A stretch of DNA of 31,636 nucleotides from a bacterium (GTDB taxonomy: Bacteria > Zhuqueibacterota > Zhuqueibacteria > Oceanimicrobiales > Oceanimicrobiaceae), in assembly GCA_046757165.1 (NCBI GenBank), contig JBHHXT010000039.1:1-31636 (forward strand), in the 5' to 3' direction. Below the pieces are notes generated by a model. The model ran no database searches. It had not been told where the DNA came from and saw nothing but the letters and a program-made list of their open reading frames with translations. Position 1 is the stretch's first letter. Each line of letters opens with the position of its first letter. This document shows positions 25,140-31,636 of this stretch, piece after piece. The position numbers were made by a program, and so were the translations under genes.

Positions 25140-26069
25140 CTACAGCTTCTCGACCGAGGGGTAGAATTCGAGGCTGCTCTCAAATTCGGTGATACTGGTC
25201 TCAAAGACTTGCTCGAACTCTTCCTGCAGCTCATCCTGTGACATATCACTGTTTGCACGGCTCAGGAACTCTTTGATCTTCTTCGGGCCGAACTGTTTAT
25301 CAAGCTGGTACACAAATGCAAAGGCCGAGTGCCAGTCCTGCGACTCGTTAGCATCAAAATCGCGCATTGGGAGCAATTCCAGAGGGGAGCGATACCCCCT
25401 GGTCTTGATCACCTGCAAACAGTTGTCATAGTAGGCCTGAGCAGTCGACCCGTTTTGAAAGTAGCTGCCATAGAGACGAGCCAATGGTTGAATCATGCCT
25501 TTCAACCCGGAGTTGACGCTGCTGAATATCGCCAACGCGGCCTTCTCCAGATCAAAGGGATGGGGGGAAACAATGCCTGCGCGCAGATCCTCAAACGGGT
25601 AAACCGTCCCATCCTCGTCCTCCAGGTCATAGCGGTAAGGAATTTTTTCATCTATCGTAATGCCGAATTGCTCACAGACCTCCTGGAGGTGGGCGTCCTG
25701 GAATTCCAGAATCAACTCAGGCAGAGGCTGGTCCCAGCGATAGTAGTAAACATAGTGTTTTGTTTCCTTGCGATGCCAGTTTGCTTCCCATTCGATAATC
25801 TTCTTGAGCTGATTTCGAAAGCTGATATCTTCATCGAATTTGATCAGAACCAATGGCTGAAGCTGCATCTCGAGGTCCATGGCCGCGATTTTGAGATACT
25901 CGCGCCAACTGCCTGTCAAGGTGCTTTTCAACAGCTCAGGCTCAGCATCCCGCACAGCCTGCCTGATGGCGCGGGCAATCTTGGTGTCGTCTGGCTGAGC
26001 AGAGTCGTTCGATGTTAGAAGAGTGAGATTGAAGATTGAGACAAGAAAAAACGGGATCAAGCTTTTCAT
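25140..26069 (-). CDS. Exported hypothetical protein, weakly resembling peptidase MA-like proteins but lacking HExxH
   Basis: Signal peptide; ETKHYVYYY and C-terminal AFVYQLDKQFG..KIKEFL...FEQVF pattern; coding-like composition. Confidence 0.65.
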   Translation of the reverse strand: MKSLIPFFLVSIFNLTLLTSNDSAQPDDTKIARAIRQAVRDAEPELLKSTLTGSWREYLKIAAMDLEMQLQPLVLIKFDEDISFRNQLKKIIEWEANWHRKETKHYVYYYRWDQPLPELILEFQDAHLQEVCEQFGITIDEKIPYRYDLEDEDGTVYPFEDLRAGIVSPHPFDLEKAALAIFSSVNSGLKGMIQPLARLYGSYFQNGSTAQAYYDNCLQVIKTRGYRSPLELLPMRDFDANESQDWHSAFAFVYQLDKQFGPKKIKEFLSRANSDMSQDELQEEFEQVFETSITEFESSLEFYPSVEKL

Positions 26070-26564
26070 TTGGAATACTCACGCCCACATCTTGAGAGGC
26101 ACCGTAAACTAGCTTGCAGCCGGCAAATGAGGAAACAACTCAGGATGTCTAAACAAACAATGGGAGTGTAAAAACACGTCGTGGAAAAATCTATGTTTGT
26201 CAACTCAGAATTTGCCAATCGCTCAATCGCGATAAATATACAACAATTTTTTGTGAAAATCAATTATTATTATTATGTTATGCAGGAACATTTCCACACA
26301 GAACTGTTCAACTGCAATTATCATACCAGGCTCAGGAGCGGCAGCAGAATCTCGTAAGTTCATATAACTGTCTAATATTACGCCACTTACAGACAAAACT
26401 CAAACGCCAGCAAGCACGGGTCAAGCGACGGAGCATGCGCAACAAAATACCGATTTGAACCATGTCCCATCATGACATACGCTCACAACCGCTGTTTTTT
26501 ATCTCAGACGCGGACCGGCCTGAGCCAAAATCGGGCAGTTTGGTCAAAAACTGCGCTTACCATC

Positions 26565-26593
26565 TTGCAATCGAGGCGAAAATACATTATCTT
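26565..26593 (+). promoter_or_regulatory. sigma70-type promoter for the mutase-eutN-deoC-pdp operon
   Basis: TTGCAA-17 bp-TATCTT, about 56 bp upstream of ATG 26650. Confidence 0.55.
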
Positions 26594-26649
26594 ATGCAAT
26601 CTTCGAACGAGACGTCATCATCCTTTGAACTCAGAAAGGGAACTCAGGC

Positions 26650-27990
26650 ATGACAAAAATAATGGTAAGCGTCTCCGGTGTCCGTGGCATTGTGGGAGAG
26701 GGTCTGGCACCGGAGGTCATCATGAGTTTTGCGCAGGCATTCGGAACCTATCTCAAAGGGGGCACGGTTGTGGTGGCGCGTGACTCGCGGGTCACCGGAG
26801 AGATGGTGCAGAACGCCGTGACCGCCGGCTTGCTTGCGGTCGGCTGTGACATTCTAGATGTCGGCATCTGTCCGACGCCGACAGCACAGTTAGCGGTCGA
26901 GAATCTGAAAGCGAAGGGTGGTGTCATAATCACAGCCAGCCATAATCCCATCATGTGGAATGGCCTGAAACTCATCGGCGAGGATGGCTTATTTCTCGAC
27001 GCCGAGCAAGGACAGGAAGTTTTGAGAATTTCTCGCCAGAGCGACTTTCCGCTTGCAGCCTGGGACAAGATTGGCGTAAGGGTGACCTACTCCAAAGCAG
27101 TTGATGAGCACATCGAGGCAATCCTGGCCCTGAAGTGCATCGATGTTGACCGAATCAAGAGCAGACGATTCAAAGTTGTGCTGGACTGTATTGCGGGGGC
27201 CGGCTCGGTTTTGCTTCCCAACCTGCTCCATCGGCTCGGCTGCGTCGTGGCTCAGCTCAATTGTGAGCCCACTGGCCTGTTTCGCAGGAACCCCGAGCCC
27301 CTGCCGGAAAACCTGGCGGAGTTGTCTGACCGGGTACGAGCCGAGCAAGCAGACCTCGGCATCGCAGTCGACCCGGATTCGGACCGGCTTGCGCTCGTCT
27401 CCGAAAAAGGTGAGCCCCTGGGAGAGGAACGGACGCTCGCGCTGGCCGTAAAATGTATCCTCGAGCAAACACGAGGGCCGGTGGTCATCAACGCCTCCAC
27501 TTCAAGGGTGAACGAAGATTTGGCGTTTGCGGCCGACGTGCCGTTATTTCGCACCCGCGTTGGCGAAGTCAACGTTGCCAGGAAAATGCGTGAAGTGGGT
27601 GCTGTCATCGGCGGGGAAGGCAACGGCGGCGTCATTCTACCCGAGCTCCATCTCGGACGGGATGCACCGGTCGGCGTCGCCCTGACCCTGCACCATCTGG
27701 CCGGATTCCGGGGGCCCCTCAGTGCCCTCGATGATTCCCTGCCTGGTTACTGCATTACGAAAGAAAAAGTAAAGCTCGAAAATCTCGAGCCTCAGACCGC
27801 CCTCGACCGAATCAGGGAAAACCACGCCGGCGAAGAATTAGACTTCACCGACGGCATAAAAATCATCCGGGAGAAATCCTGGGTGCACATTCGAGCTTCC
27901 AATACAGAACCGATCATCCGGGTGATCGCCGAGGCACCGACAAAGAAAGAGGCGGCCAGGCTGTGCAAAGAATTCAAGGACCAGATCTAA
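26650..27990 (+). CDS. glmM: Alpha-D-phosphohexomutase (GlmM/PMM-like); substrate uncertain
   Basis: SGVRG, TASHNP (phosphoserine), DPDSDR (metal loop), GEGNGG and RASNTEP motifs. Confidence 0.85.
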   Translation: MTKIMVSVSGVRGIVGEGLAPEVIMSFAQAFGTYLKGGTVVVARDSRVTGEMVQNAVTAGLLAVGCDILDVGICPTPTAQLAVENLKAKGGVIITASHNPIMWNGLKLIGEDGLFLDAEQGQEVLRISRQSDFPLAAWDKIGVRVTYSKAVDEHIEAILALKCIDVDRIKSRRFKVVLDCIAGAGSVLLPNLLHRLGCVVAQLNCEPTGLFRRNPEPLPENLAELSDRVRAEQADLGIAVDPDSDRLALVSEKGEPLGEERTLALAVKCILEQTRGPVVINASTSRVNEDLAFAADVPLFRTRVGEVNVARKMREVGAVIGGEGNGGVILPELHLGRDAPVGVALTLHHLAGFRGPLSALDDSLPGYCITKEKVKLENLEPQTALDRIRENHAGEELDFTDGIKIIREKSWVHIRASNTEPIIRVIAEAPTKKEAARLCKEFKDQI

Positions 27991-27991
27991 C

Positions 27992-28267
27992 ATGCTTATC
28001 TGCAAAATCGTTGGAGATGTTGTCTCGACACAAAAAAACGTTCACCTGGAAGGTTACAAGCTCCTCATCGTCCAGCCGGTGGACCCGGATACAGAAACAC
28101 CGACAGGACCGTCCTTGATCGCCATCGACAACGTCGATGCCGGCGACGGGGACCTGGTGTTAGTCAACAAAGAAGGCAGCTCGGCGAGGCTTATGTTGGA
28201 CAATGAGGACATCCCGGTGCAAGCTGTCATCGTAGCCGTGATCGATGGCATGGATATCGCCACTTAG
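27992..28267 (+). CDS. EutN/CcmL-family bacterial microcompartment vertex (BMC-P) protein
   Basis: 91 aa; [11 protein letters not shown]...GYKLLIVQP...AID.VDAG.GDLVLV..EGSSAR...[11 protein letters not shown] is the canonical BMC-P pattern. Confidence 0.95.
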   Translation: MLICKIVGDVVSTQKNVHLEGYKLLIVQPVDPDTETPTGPSLIAIDNVDAGDGDLVLVNKEGSSARLMLDNEDIPVQAVIVAVIDGMDIAT

Positions 28268-28287
28268 CGGAGCACAGGAGAAAAGCG

Positions 28288-29112
28288 ATGGACAGAGACG
28301 CGATGGTAGACAAAGTTGTCGATGAGCTGACAGCCACGGCCGGTGGAAGGACGCCGAAATGCAACTGGTGCTGGGTCTGTCCGGACTGCCGGACGCGGGT
28401 GGTCAAAAGCATTGTCGAAAACGGTGCGGCACGAGTCGGCGCCGGGCCGAATTTGGGCCCCATAAACGCTGATCTTGCAGAGCTTATCGACCATACTTTG
28501 TTGAAGCCCGATGCAACCGAGGCCCAGGTGACGAAGCTGTGCCAGGAAGCGGCGCAGTACGCTTTCGCTTCGGTCTGCATCAACCCATGCTGGGTGCGCT
28601 TGTGCCGTGACCTGCTGCGTGGCTCCGGGACTCTCGTGTGCACGGTCGTCGGATTTCCGCTCGGAGCCACAAGCTGCGAAGCAAAAGCTTTTGAAACCCA
28701 AAAGGCGCTCGAACATGGCGCCGACGAAATCGACATGGTGGTCAACGTCGGCAAGTTGAAGTCCGGAGACTATGACTATGTGGAACGGGACATTCGAGCG
28801 GTGGTTGAAACCGCCCGCGAGCGCGGCATGGTAAAAGTCATCCTCGAGACATGCCTGCTGAGCGATGAAGAAAAAATCAAAGGCTCGCTGCTGTCGAAAG
28901 CAGCCGGCGCTGCGTTCGTCAAGACCTCAACGGGATTCAGCAAGGGGGGGGCCACTCTGGGAGATGTCGCCCTCATGCGCAAAGTCGTTGGCCAACAGCT
29001 TGGGGTGAAAGCCTCCGGTGGCATCCGGGATTACGAAAGTGCGGTCAGAATGGTCGACGCGGGTGCCAGCCGTATCGGCGCTTCTGCCAGCATTGCGATC
29101 GTGAAACGATGA
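28288..29112 (+). CDS. deoC: Deoxyribose-phosphate aldolase with ~60-aa N-terminal extension
   Basis: [46 protein letters not shown] and RIGAS. Confidence 0.95.
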   Translation: MDRDAMVDKVVDELTATAGGRTPKCNWCWVCPDCRTRVVKSIVENGAARVGAGPNLGPINADLAELIDHTLLKPDATEAQVTKLCQEAAQYAFASVCINPCWVRLCRDLLRGSGTLVCTVVGFPLGATSCEAKAFETQKALEHGADEIDMVVNVGKLKSGDYDYVERDIRAVVETARERGMVKVILETCLLSDEEKIKGSLLSKAAGAAFVKTSTGFSKGGATLGDVALMRKVVGQQLGVKASGGIRDYESAVRMVDAGASRIGASASIAIVKR

Positions 29113-30458
29113 ATCAGGTAGATATCATCGCCAGGAAGCGCGACGGAGAAGAGCTAGCTGAAGCCGAGCTGGAGTTCCTGATCTCCGGCTACGTCGAGGG
29201 CACGGTTCCGGACTATCAGGTGGCCGCGTTCCTGATGGCCGTCTATTTCCGTGGCCTGAGCGCGGCAGAATCGGCGACGCTCACCCGGCTGATGCGCGAC
29301 TCCGGAGTGGTGCTCAACCACGCCGATATCGACGGCTTCAAAGTCGACAAACACAGCACCGGCGGCGTGGGTGACAAAGTTTCGATCGTGCTGGCCCCCC
29401 TGGCCGCTTCTGCCGGACTCGTCGTGCCGATGATTTCTGGCCGGGCGCTGGCGCACACCGGCGGCACCCTGGACAAGCTGGAAGCCATTCCCGGGTTTCG
29501 CACCCAGCTCACGCTGCCGGAGCTGAAAAAACAGTTGAGAGAAATCGGCGTTGTTCTCGTTGGCCAAACGGCCGATCTCACACCCGCGGACAAGAAGATC
29601 TACGCCCTGCGGGACGCGACCGCAACGGTCAATTCCATTCCCCTGATCACGGCCAGCATCTTGAGCAAAAAGATGGCAGAGGGCATCGATGCCCTGGTGC
29701 TGGATGTGAAAGCAGGCAGTGGCGCCATCTTTGAAGACGAGGACAACGCGTGGCAGCTCGCCAGAACCCTGGTCAAAACCGCCAACGAGTTCGATCTCGA
29801 GACGGCCGCTATCGTGACCTCCATGGAACAACCGGTGGGAAACGCCATCGGCAACTGGCTCGAAACAAAGGAAGCCATCGACACGCTCAGGGGGGAAGGC
29901 CCGGCCGACTTAAAGCAGCTCACCTTTGTGCTGTGCGCACAAATGCTGCTGTTTGCCGACAAAATCTCAACCCTGGCCGAGGGGTTCGACCTTCTGGATG
30001 AAAAAATAAACAGCGGGGCGGCGTTTGACAAATTTCTGGAAATTGTCACCAGGCAGGGCGGCGATGCATCGGTAGTAGAACATCCGGAAACATATCAAAA
30101 GCCAGAACTGGAATGCCTCATAAAAAGCGACCGTGACGGCGTGATTGCCCACATCAACTGCAGAGAAGTCGGAATCGTCTCCATGGCCCTTGGCGCGGGC
30201 AGAAGCTCTGTTGACGATGGAATTGACTTCACCTCGGGCATCGTCCTGAGAAAGAAGGTTGGCGACCGCGTGGCAGCGGGCGAGACTATCGCCACGGCTT
30301 ACTCGGACAACCGTTCCCATCTCGAAGCCAACATCGATCGTCTGCAAAATGCCTTCCTCCTGTCTGAACGCGAGGTCGAGCCCGAACCCCTGATCTACGG
30401 AATGATCGACGCCGCCGGTGACAAAAAGTGGGATGCGTCAACAAGAACCTTTGGCTGA
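29109..30458 (+). CDS. pdp: Pyrimidine-nucleoside/thymidine phosphorylase
   Basis: [37 protein letters not shown] and SILSKK; ATGA overlap with deoC. Confidence 0.95.
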   Translation: MNQVDIIARKRDGEELAEAELEFLISGYVEGTVPDYQVAAFLMAVYFRGLSAAESATLTRLMRDSGVVLNHADIDGFKVDKHSTGGVGDKVSIVLAPLAASAGLVVPMISGRALAHTGGTLDKLEAIPGFRTQLTLPELKKQLREIGVVLVGQTADLTPADKKIYALRDATATVNSIPLITASILSKKMAEGIDALVLDVKAGSGAIFEDEDNAWQLARTLVKTANEFDLETAAIVTSMEQPVGNAIGNWLETKEAIDTLRGEGPADLKQLTFVLCAQMLLFADKISTLAEGFDLLDEKINSGAAFDKFLEIVTRQGGDASVVEHPETYQKPELECLIKSDRDGVIAHINCREVGIVSMALGAGRSSVDDGIDFTSGIVLRKKVGDRVAAGETIATAYSDNRSHLEANIDRLQNAFLLSEREVEPEPLIYGMIDAAGDKKWDASTRTFG

Positions 30459-30470
30459 CTTCAAAATGGT

Positions 30471-30700
30471 AAACGATTCAGGCCGATAGGCTGTAGACTT
30501 TCAGACTTAAGGAGATGAGAAGAGCTGCGGTTTCGGTTCCATCGAATCCAGGCGCTTAAACTTCGGGATCGAAGGATGTGCAAGAGAAAGTGACGGCGAA
30601 TATGAATTGTAGAGGCAGACAAGGTTTTTAGGCGCTTTGATTAGAGCATTGCGCAAAACCTAACAGCCTAATAGCCTACAGTCTAAACACCTGAATAGCC
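30471..30700 (+). pseudogene. Repeat-bounded remnant of a four-helix-bundle (23S rRNA IVP-type) gene, copy 2
   Basis: Ends ACGATTCAGG.../...CCTGAATAG. Reads MRRAAVSVPSN (30515-30547), IEGCARESDGEY (30568-30603) and IVEADKV/GALIRALRKT-stop (to 30663, one frameshift). 30660-30698 is the exact reverse complement of 21223-21261. Confidence 0.8.
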
Positions 30701-30717
30701 ATTTACCCTGTTTTTTC

Positions 30718-30747
30718 CTTCGTGTTCTTCGTGCACTTCGTGGTTCA
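30718..30747 (-). repeat. Solo arm of the 9-bp periodic repeat family
   Basis: CTTCGTG at 30718, 30727 and 30736, then GTTCA; minus strand reads TGAACCACGAAGTGCACGAAGAACACGAAG. Confidence 0.6.
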
Positions 30748-30805
30748 TGAACTTTCCAGGCCAGGAATTCGTTGACTCTCACTATTTTATTTGTATTTTC
30801 GCACC

Positions 30806-31561
30806 ATGCCCGAGAACTATGCAAACCTGCGTGAGCCGCACCTGAACCGCGAGCAGCGGCAAGAGTATGTCACCGGCCTCTTCGATGACCTGGCGCCGCG
30901 CTACGACCGCTTCAACCGCTGGGTGACGCTTTTTCGCGACGAAGCCTGGCGGCACAACACCATTGAGTTTCTACAGGACAGAGCTGGCGGAACGGTCCTG
31001 GATTTGGCTGCCGGCACCGGCGACTTAGCCTGCTCGGCCAGAACTCTGGGTGCCCGCCGGGTTCACGTCTTCGACATTTCCCATGAGATGCTCCGGTGCG
31101 CAAAACAAAAACTCGCCCGGCGCAACGGTACCTCGTCTTTCGCGTTTGCCCAGGGGAGCGCGCACTTGTTGCCCTTTCGAGATAGCTCGATGGACGGAGT
31201 GGTCAGCGGCTTCGCCATGCGCAATGTTTTTCACTTTCTGGATCAGGTGCTCGCGGAAGTCCACCGCGTGCTCAAACCCGGAGGCCGATTTGCCATTCTG
31301 GAGTTGAGCCAGCCCCGCAATCGGTTGGTCAGGCTGGGGTTTCGTTGGCACATGCGCACCCTCATGCCGCTGATTGGAAGACTCACCACCGGCAGAGCCA
31401 CGCCTTTTCAATATCTTCACGAAACCACCCTGACCTTTCTGAGTCCTGATGAATTCAAGCGACGACTGACCGAAGCGGGGTTTGAGGCCGTCACCTGGAA
31501 ATCCTACCTGCTGGGCGGAATTGCCATCCATCACGGTACAAAACATGGTGTTAGTTGCTGA
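30806..31561 (+). CDS. ubiE: UbiE/MenG-family quinone biosynthesis C-methyltransferase
   Basis: LFDDLAPRYDRFN, VLDLAAGTGD, LPF.DSS.D, FAMRNV and RVLKPGG..ILE. ATG at 30806 preferred over the track TTG at 30791. Confidence 0.85.
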   Translation: MPENYANLREPHLNREQRQEYVTGLFDDLAPRYDRFNRWVTLFRDEAWRHNTIEFLQDRAGGTVLDLAAGTGDLACSARTLGARRVHVFDISHEMLRCAKQKLARRNGTSSFAFAQGSAHLLPFRDSSMDGVVSGFAMRNVFHFLDQVLAEVHRVLKPGGRFAILELSQPRNRLVRLGFRWHMRTLMPLIGRLTTGRATPFQYLHETTLTFLSPDEFKRRLTEAGFEAVTWKSYLLGGIAIHHGTKHGVSC

Positions 31562-31573
31562 CCGGCGGGAGGC

Positions 31574-31630
31574 GGTGTTCAAGCTTCAGCTTGCTGGGGT
31601 GAGGGGAAAACACGCTAAAGCGTGAACACC
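31574..31630. repeat. Third copy of the REP doublet seen at 1-202
   Basis: GGTGTTCAAGCTTCAGCTTGC...CACGCTAAAGCGTGAACACC, 13 bp after the ubiE stop. Confidence 0.85.
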
Positions 31631-31636
31631 CTAACT

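Noticed and set aside
26198..26203. TTGACA on the minus strand as promoter of the 26069 gene
   Set aside because: No acceptable -10 hexamer at 16-18 bp spacing.
21223..30698. A 9.5-kb composite transposon or invertible segment bounded by the 39-bp inverted repeats
   Set aside because: Each 39-mer has its own local partner end ~200 bp away, the enclosed genes are largely housekeeping, and no transposase or recombinase is present. Inversion by homologous recombination is not excluded.
21220..30700. Diversity-generating retroelement suggested by Avd-like four-helix-bundle fragments
   Set aside because: No reverse transcriptase and no template/variable repeat pair with adenine-specific mismatches was seen.

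Overview
A GC-rich (roughly 55-60%) bacterial window with about 21 credible CDSs. Four secreted proteins end in an 'N[YF]PNPFN...W[DNT]G...SG[VIL]Y' FlgD-Ig/T9SS-type C-terminal sorting domain, which suggests an FCB-group organism such as KSB1 or Calditrichota (inference only). From left to right: a NarL-type two-component pair with an apparently sensor-less kinase; a 1203-aa PKD/FN3/PPC/cohesin/dockerin surface protein; a DUF2628-like membrane protein; and an 8-gene minus-strand cluster (16214->7254) behind a sigma54 promoter and IHF site. That cluster encodes three small outer-membrane beta-barrels, a di-heme hydrazine-synthase-alpha-like lipoprotein, a TlpA thioredoxin, DUF4266, a DUF3570 barrel carrying a flavinylation motif, and an NHL/CTD protein. 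It is the best candidate for an undescribed cell-envelope redox system. After it come a propeller/CTD protein, a catalytically dead trypsin-like protein, a DEAD-box helicase, an AA5 copper-radical oxidase with a compositionally foreign CTD, a hypothetical protein, an operon of phosphohexomutase + microcompartment vertex protein + N-extended DeoC + pyrimidine nucleoside phosphorylase, and a UbiE/MenG methyltransferase. Intergenic DNA holds several palindromic repeat families. Two ~200-bp elements share a 39-bp end and each carry different fragments of a decayed four-helix-bundle (IVP-type) gene. No rRNA, tRNA, CRISPR or transposase was seen. All family calls come from motif recognition by eye, not database searches.
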